Source: Octopus sinensis
Taxonomy: Eukaryota
Assembly: GCF_006345805.1 (NCBI RefSeq)
Contig: NC_043002.1
Location: forward strand, 71,734,001-71,798,000
DNA: 64,000 nt
Direction of reading: 5' to 3'
The notes below the pieces were generated by a model. It did no database searches. It was not told the DNA's origin and saw only the letters and a list, made by a program, of their open reading frames with translations. This document shows, in pieces, positions 1 through 13,036 of the stretch. Position numbers and translations under genes: made by a program. Within the stretch, counting starts at the first letter, position 1; every line of letters begins with the position of its first letter.

Positions 1-97
1 GAGACCAGGACTAATTTGATTGATCAACTGAATTACCTGCTCCTAAAATAATGTGCAAGTGGCTGGGTGTTCCGCATCCACGCATACCATTACTGTA

Positions 98-325
98 CGA
101 GGTGGTATCACAAAGTTCCAGGACTAGTTATGTTTAATAAAAAATATCTTATTTACCTAAGTTTTAACATCATCTCTTTCGAAATTGTCACCTTGCGCAG
201 CACTACACCCGTCCTAGCGTTCCTGCTATTGGAAGTTCATAAGCGAGTCAAGGACCTACAATTCACTCTTGATCTCGACAACGGCATTAAAACGACGACC
301 TTTGAGCTGCATTTTACATCTTAGG
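98..325 (-). mobile_element. mariner 3' end fragment with TIR
   Basis: Starts TA|CGAGGTGGTATCACAAAGTTCCAGGACTAG. Its reverse complement aligns with the mariner 3' end at about 11745-11953 (CAGCTCAA.GGTCGTCGTTTTAA...GTTGTCGAGATCAAGAG). Confidence 0.8.
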
Positions 326-394
326 AAAGGGATGGAAGTCCACACGTGCTAAATCCAGTGAATAGGGTGGATGTGGGTGGGGGCTAGTCGATTA

Positions 395-885
395 CTTCAA
401 CCCGTCCACTTCCATCAGTTGTACTTTATTTTGCCGTTCCTGAAAAGATTAGAAGCAAAGGTCACCTTGCCGAGATTTGAACTTGAAAAGTAAAGACGTA
501 AGAAACTCAGTTGAATATTTTGTCTGGCGTTGTAACGATTCTGCCAGCTCCCACCTTAACAATAATATTTTCTACTATAGGCACATCGCCTTAAACTTTG
601 GGTAAGGAAGCTAGACTATTACATCGATCCTGAAAGAATGAAAGGCAAAGTCGACCTCAGCAGGAATTGAACTCAGCTCACCGCCTTCGCTGCTTTAACG
701 ATAATAATAATCCTTTCTACTATAAGTAAAAAGCCTGAAATTTCGGTGGGGAAGCGGACCAGTCGACTACATCGATACCAGGATAAAGGCAAAGTCGACC
801 TCGGCGGTATTTGAACTCCGAACGTAGCGACGGAGGAAATGCCACTAAGCATTTTCCCGGCGTGCTAGCGATTCTACCAGCTTTA
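395..885 (-). mobile_element. three degenerate partial copies of SINE family S1
   Basis: Repeated AAAGGCAAAGTCGACCTCGGCGG.ATTTGAACTC motif, the reverse complement of the S1 body seen at 8641-9040 and 52445-52652. Confidence 0.8.
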
Positions 886-889
886 GCTT

Positions 890-1842
890 TAATAATAACA
901 ATAATTATAAATTATTTTATTCGCCACAATGGCTCACATACAAAAACATTAAATGACAAACAACATAAAGGACAAAAACAGGACGATACAAAAGGTTTTC
1001 CACTTGTAAACAATATAAATAACAATACAAAATGAAACAAATTAATACTCCCAATAGGGGAGGCGCGTTAATGACCTCGTGGAACCCCCCCCCAGCCGAA
1101 GAATAGCTCTAGTTACTATTGTTGTTTGGCAGAGGTGCCACCCTGGTTTTTGCTGTGGGCGTTTCCACGAGGTCTATATAGTCTCTTAAAGAATGTTTTT
1201 TTAAATGTGACACCAGCATTTGGAAAATTTATTTTTAATGTCTTAAACATGTCCTGTTTTAGTTTTAAAATTGGTATGTGTTGTGGTGGTGCTGGTGGTG
1301 TGTTGTGTGTTGGGAAGACAAAGTCTTTCATTGTGTTGTCTGTGTTTTCTCTAATCTATGTAACATGTGGTGTATTGTCGGTGTCGATGATTGTGAGGCT
1401 GGTGGTGTTTGTGCAGTCTGTGTCGGCATTTGAGGTGGTAGTGCTGGTGGTAGTGTTGTTATTGTTGGTGGTGGTTGCTGTGTTTGCCTGTTGCTGCTGT
1501 TGCGAAGTTCCTGCTGTTTGCACCTCCCCCTCTTTTCTTCTACTGTCTTTTTTCTAGGGGGGAACTGTTTGCCATTTCCCCTTCTCGACCTCAACACTCG
1601 AACAGTCCGAGTTGTTTGGTCAGGAAATGGGATTTTCTCTGACCCTTCGCTTTGCTGCTGGAGTTCATTTGTTCCTGCTGCTACTTCTACAGTAGTTGTT
1701 GTTGTTGGCACTTCGACTGGTGTTTTTGTTGTTGTTGTTGGTGGTGGTGGTGTTGCTGGTGACCTAGCTACAGCTGAAGGCGGCGTCGTTGTTGCTGGCG
1801 GTGACGGGGTTGGTTTCTACTGCCGTTGTTGCTGCTGCTGCA
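890..1842 (-). mobile_element. 3' part of an ORF1-like (HAL1-like) retroelement with polyA signal and (ATT)n tail
   Basis: Frameshifted Thr/Pro/Gln-rich reading frame ending ...KNQGGTSAKQQ*, followed by a UTR, AATAAA and an (ATT)n tail. No RT C-terminus. Confidence 0.45.
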
Positions 1843-3005
1843 CCAGATTCCGAGCAATTTAACGAGACCCTCTGTCCAGTGCCCCACGACGCTGTTGGAT
1901 GGCATGGACTTGCCTCTCCAGATGCCTAGTTGCAAGCCCACTGACATCTCTCCGTTAATTTTTGCTCCTGTCACAACTTCATATTCTTGTAGTGTTTCGC
2001 CAATCAGGTCTATATGCTTGTGGCTCGACACTATGACGGTGACATCATCACCGTAAGCAAACACACTTCTCCTACATCCTAGATCACGCGGGACATCCCT
2101 CAAAGCCTTCAAATTCCGCAGTATTGGCTCAAGAGTCAGTACATACAGAAAGGAGGAAAGAGGGCACCCTTGACGGAGCGAACGCAAGATGCTGAATGGC
2201 TCCGACAGGTGACCATTTACCCGAACAACCGAGCAGATGCCGCTGTATAAAGCAGCGATCCAAAAGTGGAAAACTGGAGCGAAACCGGCTGCTTTGAGGA
2301 CAGCTGTCAAGAATTGATGGTCGACCCTATCAAAGGTTTTGGATTGATCTAAATTGATCAGAGCCCCACATATGCTAGCTTCGTTACCCACCCTCTCTAT
2401 GATGTAGCGCATACGATGGAGGTTATCGTGAATAGTCCTGATTGGGATGGCACTCGTTTGCGCCTCGTCAACCAGCTTGTCCACGACAAGCACCAACCTC
2501 GTGCCTGACAGCTTGACCAAAATTTCAACTCTGCATTGAGTAGTCCTTTCTCAGCAGTGTCAGTTGCAGTAGACCTTTGCTAAGAGGCCCGCAAACAAGT
2601 CTGGCATCGAAGTATAAAGCTTGTAGGGCAGACTATCAAAACCCGGCGATCTACTTCTCGTCAACTCCTCATCGGTTCCTGTATCTCCTCGGCTGTTATC
2701 GACCTTTCGCAGCACTCCACCTTGCTCGCGGAGAGTCATGGCAGGCCATCCATGTAGACACCGAAGTCTGCCGTTATCCGTCCTACCATTCGTCCCGAAC
2801 AGTCGAGCAAAGTGCCCCTGTAAAGCCGCACACATTTTTTTTCGGCTCGAACACCACTCATCCGCTCTGGTCAACCAAAGACCGAATTGTGGCTTTATTG
2901 CCACTTTTCGCCTACAACACGTGGGCCCATCGCGACGCTTTCGTTTCCTCTCCGCTTAGTGAACGTGCCATCGCTCTGACAACGCAGCCTTCCTACCTGT
3001 TTCTA
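1843..3005 (-). mobile_element. L1/Tx1-clade LINE ORF2 fragment (reverse transcriptase), frameshifted
   Basis: ORF 1768-2520 has LDQSKTFDRVDH, RQGCPLS and AYGDDVTV. ORF 2560-2904 has the SPGFDSLPYKLY motif typical of L1 linker regions. Confidence 0.92.
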
Positions 3006-3669
3006 TAACTAATTGATTCCGATAGTTTATCCCCTCCGACTTTTAGTTCATGCAATTGAAAAAACGGCATTATTTCTGGGATGACTAAATATAAATTTCA
3101 TTAACGAATCATTCTCCAAAACTGGAAACTTCCTAGAGGCGTAATTATTATTATTAGTTGAGGCAACAGAGGACAAATAAATTGATCCAGTAAGCAACGA
3201 GTTCAATGTTTACTAATGCGTATTTATATTTCTTCATATACACCACAGAATTTAATTTATATAGTTCGCTGCATATATTATATTATGTATCAGTTCAATT
3301 AGTCGATATATTAAGGAGAAACAGGTGATATTGATTTGGGAATAGATAAGTTGAGGATGGGTAAGAGCGAATATAATGATTACAACGGCTAACTGGAAAT
3401 AAAGTATGAACAGAGTTTTCAATGTGTGTATTAGTTGATATAATGCACAGTATATTTCAATATTGTACCTTCTACATTATATTTCATATATGTGTGTTTA
3501 TTATTGATATAAGTAGCAGCTTAGTGATATTGAATGTAGTAGCTGATACAGTAAAGTGTATGAATAGATATTTGTTAAACTGTTAAGAATGTCTTAAGTT
3601 AGTAAGGTCAAACCGTAAGGCATTGTAACGGATTATACACATATATGTATATATGTGTGTCTGTTACTT

Positions 3670-3933
3670 TTGGAGCCATGCCTGGCTCATAAGGGCCGGT
3701 TTCCCGGTTTCATTGGCATATTTGACGGGTCGCCGGTCCGTTAATGCAAGAGGAAATAGTGAGAGAAAGTTGTGGCAAAAAAGTCAGCAGAGGTTCGCCA
3801 CTAACTTCAGCCGGAGCCGCGTGGAGCTTAGGTGTTTCTGTCATAAACATACACATCACCTGGTATGAGATTCGAACCTACGATCCCTTGACATTGACCC
3901 CGCTGCTCTAACCACTAGGCTAAGTACCTCCAC
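3670..3933 (-). mobile_element. tRNA-head SINE
   Basis: Reverse complement reads GTGGAGGTACTTAGCCTAGTGGTTAGAGCAGCGG (A box) ... GGTTCGAATC (B box). Related copy at 8235-8470. Confidence 0.85.
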
Positions 3934-3994
3934 AATGTATATATATATATATATGTTTATGGTGGTTGTCTACTCCTTACGCATACATACATAC

Positions 3995-4021
3995 ATACAC
4001 AACACACACACACACACACAT

Positions 4022-4100
<79 letters not shown>
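3995..4100. repeat. compound (CA)n/(TA)n microsatellite
   Basis: Directly visible. Confidence 0.95.
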
Positions 4101-4102
<2 letters not shown>

Positions 4103-4894
4103 ACACAAATTAATCAGGCTGAACTTCGCCTTCGTCTTTCGTTTTTCGGGTTCGATAAATAACGTGCCTATCCCGATAGAATGGATTGATGGAGTTTTAA
4201 CAGAGTAAGCTGAGATAATTTGTGATGTATTTTCTGAATCTTTTTTGTGTTTTAAATTCAAATTTATTCAGGTATTCATGATCAGTGCTAACTGTCACTT
4301 TGATGGCGTACTCCACCCAAATCATGATTGACCAGCGTGAACATAGCACTACAATCACCATGAAAAAAAAAATGGCAGCGGCTTGTTAAGATTTTTTATT
4401 TTCCAGCAAAGAATCGAGAGTCGCTGAACAGAATTCAATGGAATTCATGGCTAATGAGTGGAGGGTGAAGATGCAATGTTCGTTTTCTATCCTAGAACAT
4501 AGATTTCGGTGTAATATTTACATCAAATGTAGTAAGTGGTTAATTCAGCAAGCATCAATCATGGATATTGAAGAGTTATTGCATTTCTTATAAAGTCATT
4601 AAAAATTACCTGTTTGTCACTTTTCCACCTTTTAAAAAAAGTCTGAGGTGTTTCTTTTACTGATATATTTTACTGTACCACGGCCAAGCTGGTGCACCAA
4701 CAACCAAGTTCGAATTTTGGGTCGATCATATTGACAAGCAGTTTGGTATCTTATTTTATCGAGTTTTCACTCTTGGTTACGAGACATAAACAAACAAAGC
4801 ATAAAACAGTGTCTCTTCATGATGCGTTTAGTGTAAACATTTTGGATTAGTGTAAACATGAAAACAGTCGCACTACACTAAGACACACACTCAC

Positions 4895-5009
4895 ACACAT
4901 GCACACACACATACACGTACACACAAACACAAGTACGCATACGCACACACACACAAACATAAACACAAACACAAACACATTCACACACACAAACACACAC
5001 ACATACATA

Positions 5010-5076
<67 letters not shown>

Positions 5077-5100
5077 ACGCACGCACGCACGCACATATAT
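4895..5100. repeat. compound (CA)n/(CT)n microsatellite
   Basis: Directly visible. Confidence 0.95.
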
Positions 5101-5519
5101 AGTATCTAGGCATGATTGTGTGCTGGAGAAGCTCGCCTTTGCAACTATGTATTTCCGAATTCAGTTCAACTGCATCACACCTTAGATGTGTCTTGAGTCT
5201 GTCGTCCCGCCCAATCTGTTGACATTGAATTTAGTAGAGAGAAACGTTGAGGAAGCCCATCCTTGCGTCGTATGTGTGTACTTGTGTGCGCACGCATGTG
5301 TATTTGTGTGTTGTGTGTGTGTGTCCATGCTTGCGTATTCATGATTCTGTTGTGTTTCTCCCGAACCACACTACTCGGCACCCAGTTTTGGTTTGATTAC
5401 GTCCCCTTAAATACAAGACTTTAAAAGATCAGTGCCGGTGTCCATCTGTTCGACTAAAACCTCCAGAAGCTGTGCCCCAGCATGGCCGCAGTCCAATGAA
5501 TAAAACAAATAAACAGATG

Positions 5520-5920
5520 GATGGCTGTGTGGTAAGTCGCTTGCTTACCAACCACATGGTTCCGAGTTCAGTCCCACTGCGTGACACCTTGGGCAAGTGC
5601 CTTCTACTATAGCCTCGGGCCGACCAAAGCCTTGTCAGTGAATTTGGTAGACGAAAGCTGAAAGAAACCCGTCGTATATATGTATATATATATATGTGTA
5701 TGTGTGTTTGTGTGTCTGTGCTTGTCCCCCAATATCGCTTGACAACCGATGCTGGTGTGTTTACGTCCCCGTAACTTAGCAGTTCGGCAAAAGAGACCGA
5801 TAGAATAAATACTAGGCTTACAAAGTATAAGTCCCGGGGTCGATTTGCTCGACTAAAGCCGGTGCTCCAGCATGGCCGCAGTCAATGACTGAAACAAGGA
5901 AAAGAGTAAAAGAGTAAAAT
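5520..5920 (+). mobile_element. SINE family S2, near full length
   Basis: GGCTGTGTGGTAAGT.GCTTGCTTAC.AACCACATGGTTCCG.GTTCAGTCCC head, CCTTGGGCAAGTG core-like segment, CCAGCATGGCCGCAGTCAATGACTGAAAC tail. Further copies at 17965, 34428 and 56713. Confidence 0.9.
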
Positions 5921-5932
5921 AGTATGTGTTTC

Positions 5933-5966
<34 letters not shown>

Positions 5967-6373
5967 CGTGGGCTAATTTATGAATATATTCTACGCGCCA
6001 CACTAACAGACTATTTTCACGCATTTCGTTAATCAAATTCCGACAAGTTCAACAATACGCTATAGAAGAAAGAAAAACCGCTTCCCCAAGGTGTGAGCGT
6101 TGGGCTCGAAGCCAAACCCGCTTGGTGTTTGTTGTTTTTTTTAAAATTGTAGCCACAGTGGTATACTACATCGTACCGTACCTAACCACCCAGTCTTAAC
6201 CATTCATTCGATTTTAGAATACAATTGGTACATTCGTTACTATAGAAGGACCGAAGGCAAATGAAAATACTAACATACAGCATTACGTACAGATATATTC
6301 CCAGTGACACATTGTAAATGTTACGAAGGTTTTGTACTTATAATTTATTGTGAATTCTAAATAGCTTTTTCTA

Positions 6374-6423
<50 letters not shown>

Positions 6424-6587
6424 GTGAATTAACTGACCATAATATTCTACAAGTAGATTCACTGGACATAAGCCTACTCAGTATACTTTAGACCACCTCA
6501 AATAGCCACTCCGAAAACACCCTCTTTCCGAAAACTCATGAAAGCTTATTCAACACAAGAATTCTTTTCAACTGACTCATACAGACA

Positions 6588-6589
<2 letters not shown>

Positions 6590-6618
<29 letters not shown>

Positions 6619-6629
6619 ACGCACATACA

Positions 6630-6668
<39 letters not shown>

Positions 6669-6715
6669 ACATTCTGTTACTGTTGTGTGTGCATATATTC
6701 ACAAATTAGCACACG

Positions 6716-6760
<45 letters not shown>

Positions 6761-7307
6761 ACATTCTGTTACTGTTGTGTGTGCATATATTCACAAATTA
6801 GCACACGCATACACACACACACAACACACACATCACACATTCTGTTACTGTTGTGTGTGCATATATTCACAAATTAGCACACCATACACACACACACACA
6901 CAACACACACATACACACATTCTGTTACTGTTGTGTGCATATATTCACAAATTAGCACACGCATACACACACACACACACACACACACATACACACATTC
7001 TGTTACTGTGTGTGTGTGCATATATTCACAAATTAGCACACGCATACACACACCACACACACCACACACAACACACACACACACAACACATACACACATT
7101 CTGTTACTGTTGTGTGTGCATATATTCACAAATTAGCACACGCATACACACACACACACAACACCACACCACACACCACATACACCACATTATGTTACTG
7201 TTGTGTGTGCATATATTCACAATTAGCCAACGCATACACACACACACACACACCATACACACATTCTGTTACTGTTGTGTGTGCATATATTCACAAATTA
7301 GCACACG

Positions 7308-7350
<43 letters not shown>

Positions 7351-7489
7351 ACATTCTGTTACTGTTGTGTGTGCATATATTCACAAATTAGCACACGCAT
7401 ACACACACAGACACACACACACACACACACACACATACACACATTCTGTTACTGTTGTGTGTGTGCATATATTCTCAAATTAGCACACG

Positions 7490-7532
<43 letters not shown>

Positions 7533-7579
7533 ACATTCTGTTACTGTTGTGTGTGCATATATTCACAAATTAGCACACG

Positions 7580-7624
<45 letters not shown>

Positions 7625-8030
7625 ACGTTATGTTACTGTTGTGTGTGCATATATTCACAAATTAGCACACGCATACACACACACACATACACACACATAC
7701 ACACACATACGCACATTCTGTTACTGTTGTGTGTGCATATATTCACAAATTAGCACACGCATACACACACACACATACACACACATACACACATTCTGTT
7801 ACTGTTGTGTGTGCATATATTCACAAATTAGCACACGCATACACACACACACACACACACACATACACACACATACGCACATTCTGTTACTGTTGTGTGT
7901 GCATATATTCACAAATTAGCACACGCATACACACACACACATACACACACATACACACATTCTGTTACTGTTGTGTGTGCATATATTCACAAATTAGCAC
8001 ACGCATACACACACACACACACACCACACA
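6590..8030. repeat. minisatellite of 16 units: constant core of about 50 bp plus variable (CA)n
   Basis: Core ACATTCTGTTACTGTTGTGTGTGCATATATTCACAAATTAGCACACGCAT counted 16 times between about 6670 and 8000. Confidence 0.95.
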
Positions 8031-8234
8031 GAAACATATTAGATATTTTTTCATGTTTACTTGTTTTAGTCATTGGACTGCGGCCATGCTGGGGCACCGC
8101 CCTTGAAAGTTTTAGTCGAACAAATGGACACTAACACTGATATATTTAAAATCTGGTATTTAAGAGGACGTAAGCAAACCAAACCTGGCTGTCACGCAGT
8201 GTGGTTCGGGTATATAGGTATGCTTGTTTGTTTG

Positions 8235-8470
8235 TTCCTTCTCGAGCTATGTCTGGCTCATAAGGGCCGGTTTCTCGGTTTCCCTGGCGTATATGTTTCC
8301 CACCTGGACGGGAAGCAAGATGCAGGAGGATAGAGTGAGAGAAATTTGTGGAGAAAGGGTCGCGTGGTGCTTTGCTCATAAACACATACATCGCCCGGTC
8401 TGAGATTCGAACACGCGATCTCTCGACCGCGAGTCCGCTGCTGTAACCACAAGGCCATGTGCCTCCACAC
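8235..8470 (-). mobile_element. tRNA-head SINE abutting an S2 tail (8045-8240)
   Basis: Reverse complement reads GTGGAGGCACATGGCCTTGTGGTTACAGCAGCGGACTCGCGG...GTTCGAATC. Homologous to 3670-3933. Confidence 0.85.
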
Positions 8471-8640
8471 TATATAGGTATATACTTGTGTGTTTTAATT
8501 CAAGTTAATATTTGTCATCATTTTCTTATGTTATGCCGCAGTTGCGGAGCGATAGAATGGGCGATTATGAAAACTCACAGATTCACTGACCGAAAAACTG
8601 AGGAAAGTCTTCCTGTAACTCAATATAGAATACATATTAA

Positions 8641-9040
8641 AGTGGCGAGCGTGCAGAATCGTTAGCACGCCTGGCGAAATGCTTAGCATTATTTCGTCTG
8701 CCGCTACGTTCTGAGTTCAAATTCCGCCGAGGTCGACTTTGCCTTTCATCCTTTCGGGGTCGATTAACTAATTACCTGTTACGCACTGGGGTCGATGTAA
8801 TCGACTCAATCTGTTGGCTGTCCTTGTTTGTCCTCTCTGCGTTTAGCCCCTTGTGGGTAGTAAAGAAATAGGTATTTCGTCCGTTTACGTTTTGAGTTCA
8901 AATTCCGCTGAGATCAACTTTGCCTTTCATCCTTTCGGGGTCGATAAATTAAGTGGCAGTTGCATACTGGGGTCGATCTAATTGACTGGCTCCCCACTCC
9001 CTCAAAATTTTGGGCATTCTTCCTAGTATAGAAAAGAATA
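8641..9040 (+). mobile_element. SINE S1 with duplicated body (composite)
   Basis: GTTCTGAGTTCAAATTCCGCCGAGGTCGACTTTGCCTTTCATCCTTTCGGGGTCGAT occurs twice (about 8708 and 8888). The same arrangement is seen at 30712-31050. Confidence 0.9.
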
Positions 9041-9209
9041 TGAAATTATTTTATGTTTTTTATTTTATCTAGTTTCAACTCACGAGCTGTGGCCACGCGT
9101 TTATATATTAAGAAAGAGGATGTAGTCAGGATTTAGATATTTATTTAGTGCTTTCGGGCCTTCTGGAGATTCATCATAAATGATTCTTTTCTATAGAAAA
9201 TTCATACCT

Positions 9210-9281
<72 letters not shown>

Positions 9282-9957
9282 GCCTGCTCGCTTTATATAT
9301 TCATTTCTTCAGGTGATATAGTAATTCGAAGCATTGTGACCAGCGATGTGCAGCAACATCTGATAGCCTGGTCGCTCACAGTGATCACGGTGATATATAT
9401 ATATGTACACATATATGTGTTTGTGTGTACGTGTATGTTTGTGTGTGTGTGCGTGCATACGTGTGTATGTTTGTATGTATGTGTTGTGATTTTTAAACAA
9501 AGGGAAAAGCAAGAAAGAAAGAAATAGGTATTTCCTGCAATGGTTTTCTGTCAACAATCTCAACCATCCCACTTTCGTTCCTTCTCTTTCTTTAATACTT
9601 TCTCTATTCTATCCACTCTTCCTTTCTTTTTCTTTGATTCAAAACTTACAACGCACATACATACATACACATACATACATACACACACGTTTAGATTCGA
9701 AATGACAAAGAACATCTCAAATAACCACCCTCAAATCACACTCCTTCCAAACCCCAAGGAAGCAAGTTCCACTTTCATTATTTCAGTCATTAGACTGCGG
9801 CCATGGCCATGGCGGGGCACCGCCTCGAGCAATCTTTAGTCGACTGAAAGGACCCCATTACGGTTTTTAAGCCTAGTACCCTTTCTAATTTCGCTTTTGC
9901 CGAACCACTAAGTTCGTTGGTTTAAACACAACAACACCGATGTTAAGCGGTGGGATA

Positions 9958-9991
<34 letters not shown>

Positions 9992-10029
9992 TATATATAT
10001 ATATATATAAATATAGTAATAATAACAAT

Positions 10030-11135
10030 AATCCTTTCATAGAATTTATAAACATTTAATGCATCACTACGCACGTTTCCACAAGTCACAGATGTTTTAT
10101 GATCACAGTTCGTATTCCTGGGATGCTTGCAGTGTCGTCTGTAGTATCCGCATCGGTTTGATCATCTACATAGATTCATTTCTTCAGGAGATATAGCATT
10201 AAAGGCTGTTTAGCACAGTGTTGTTTTACCTCGTTTGACCAGTGCTAAGTTTGAATTATGCGGGCATTTATGTGTGTATTTAGTGTGGAGGAGGGGAAGG
10301 TGATGGAAAGAGAGGAAAGATTGGCAGTTATATGGGGATGGGGCCGTGTGTGGTGATATTGGACTTATTTTGCTATTCAGTCTGCAGATGTCAAGAATGG
10401 GTAGTATATTCCTTTGTACGATCTCATCTAAGGTATGACTATCTTCAATGAAGTCTAAAATAAACAAGTCAGCCGTTACAGCTATTACAGGCATCAGCTG
10501 TTGAAGTTCATTGTCTGCACTGTGAAATGATACTTTTTTAGGGTGACCTTTTAATTGATTCTGGTAGTACCATGGAATACTGTATGACGTCCTAAACATT
10601 GGTTGATTTGTTTGTTTATTTATTTGTATTCTTTCCTTGGACTTTAATACGGTAAGGGTGTTTGATGTTATTCCGTTTCAAAATGTATTTTTCAAATTCC
10701 AGAAACGATCTTTTGCTCTCATGCTTACATGATATAATAACCTCGGTGTGTGTATTTATTACGTTTTCCCTGGCTGTGATGATTTCCAGAGTCTCTTCTA
10801 GACATAAGTTGCTTACCCGTGATGTTCGGTTGTATAGTGCAGCATGTTTTATAATAGACCAGTGAATCGTATGCTCCACTCCATTCTCATTGAACCTCCA
10901 GACTAGGTTCCATAGTGATGGGGAATACCTTTTGTTTATTTTGGAAAAATATGCAAGATAGTTACGCAGACGATTTTTCATGGCGCCTCCGGTGGCACAA
11001 ATGAACACGTATTTCTGCGAACCTGACTTCTCACATTTGTAAGCTACATTCTTTATCATGCAGTTATTAAACCTGCATTCAGCTTTACGTCTACAGTTAC
11101 ATGTGATATTATTTATTTCAATTCTTCCAGCAGAG
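10030..11135 (-). mobile_element. Penelope-like element 3' part: GIY-YIG endonuclease plus pLTR-like tail
   Basis: Upstream of ORF 10616-11059 the frame reads CNCRRKAEC.FNNC, then MIKNVAYK...WSIIKHA...NLCLEETLEI...ISCKH. This matches the Cys-flanked GIY-YIG C-terminal domain of Penelope-like elements. Confidence 0.85.
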
Positions 11136-11289
11136 TTACTACGAGTGGTCCTGCGTGTGTATTAAGAGCTAACAGTTACTTTCATGAGGCATTATGAGCT
11201 GCATGACATCGCTATGTTTACTTCCCAAGTTGTGAAATTTATGTTTTTGCGATCACAGCTATGTTGTAGTTACCGATTTTTGTCATGAA

Positions 11290-11953
11290 CAGGAAGTTGG
11301 AACAAAGAGCCAACGTGGAATTTTACGTTAACCTTAGGAAATCTGCTACAGAGACGTGAACATGTTTCGGCAAACCTGCGGTGACAAAGCAATGTGTTGT
11401 ACACAATGTTTCGAGTAGCACGGGGGCTATAAATGGCACTACAGAGCCGCAGCTCAATCAAAAGCATGCTCATCGTGTTTTAGGATATAAGCGATATTGC
11501 GCATCGAGAATTCATCCTCCAGGACCAGAAAGTCAGTCAAGAGTACTTCTGTGACGTTTTCAAGTGTTTGAGGGAGGACATTCGGCGAAAGCGACCGGAT
11601 CTGTGCAGCGCAAAGTTTGGATTCCTCTTGACGATCATGCCCTTTGTCTCCCAGCTCTCCTGACTCGTATCTTTCTCGCTTCTGCACACGCCCTATTCAC
11701 CAGATTTAGCACCTGTGAATTTCAATCTCTCCCCAAAATGAAAATACAGCTCAATGGTCGTCGTTTTAACTGCGCAGCGTTGTCGAGATCAAGAGCGAAG
11801 TGAAGAAGGCCGTCGACTCGCGTAGGGTAAAAGACTTCCAGGATGGATTCCAAAAGTGGTGGAAACTCTTGGGCCGTTATATTGTTGCGCAACTGAACAT
11901 TTTGAAGGAGATTTAAGTTATTTACTAGTCCGGAAACTTTCTGATATCACCTC
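11290..11953 (+). mobile_element. internally deleted mariner transposase pseudogene with 3' TIR
   Basis: N-terminal LEQRANVEF..LRKSATET, then MLIVF...LREDIRRKRPDL and YSPDLAPC. Ends ACTAGTCCGGAAACTTTCTGATATCACCTC. Confidence 0.88.
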
Positions 11954-11954
11954 T

Positions 11955-11966
11955 ATGTATAATATA

Positions 11967-12023
<57 letters not shown>

Positions 12024-12045
12024 TATATATTATATATATATATAT

Positions 12046-12081
<36 letters not shown>

Positions 12082-12421
12082 CATATATATGTATAATATA
12101 TATATATATATATATATATAATATAAGTATATATATATATTATATACATATATATATAAATATATATATATATAATATATATATGTATATATATATAAAT
12201 ATATATATGTATATATATATAAATATATATGTATATATATACATATATACATAATATATATATGTTATATATATATATATTATAATATATATATAAATAT
12301 ATATATGTATATATATATATATGTAATATATATATATATTATATATTATATATAAATATATATATGTATATATATATATATATATATGTTATATATATAA
12401 TATAATATATATATATATATA

Positions 12422-12454
<33 letters not shown>

Positions 12455-12494
12455 GATATATTATGTAATATATAAATATATATATGTATATATA
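11955..12494. repeat. long imperfect (TA)n tract
   Basis: Directly visible. Confidence 0.95.
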
Positions 12495-12838
12495 AAGGGT
12501 AAAGACGCCCTTCGGTCATGAGTGACCATGGGTTTGCACCTAGAGAGTTACCCTCTGAGGCACAAGTCTGGGCAAGGTTGTTTTATGGAAGACCAGTAGT
12601 CGCCCATGCATACCGGCCTCCCCTCTCAACACCACCAGTGTTATCCAAGGGAAAGACAAAGGTCGATACAGCTTGGCACCTGTGACGTCGCAACTCATTT
12701 CTACAGCTGAGTGAACTGGAGCAACGTGAAATAAAGTGCCTTGCTTGTGAACACAACACGCAGCCCGGTCCGGGATTCGAGCTCACAACCTCACGATCGT
12801 AAGCTCGACGCTCTAACCACTGAGCCATGCGCCTTCAC
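12495..12838 (-). mobile_element. young full-length SINE family S3 inserted in (TA)n
   Basis: Nearly identical (reverse complement) to 61822-62162. The ORF track gives near-identical translations for both. Confidence 0.93.
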
Positions 12839-12959
12839 TGTATATATATGTATATATATATGTATATATATATGTATATATATATATATATATATATGTG
12901 TATATATAATATATATATATATATATATGTATATTATATATATAATATATATATATGTA

Positions 12960-13036
<77 letters not shown>

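Noticed and set aside
6590-8030. CRISPR-like repeat-spacer appearance and long His/Thr-rich ORFs
   Set aside because: The spacers are only (CA)n, there are no cas genes, and the context is eukaryotic. The ORFs are translations of the repeat.
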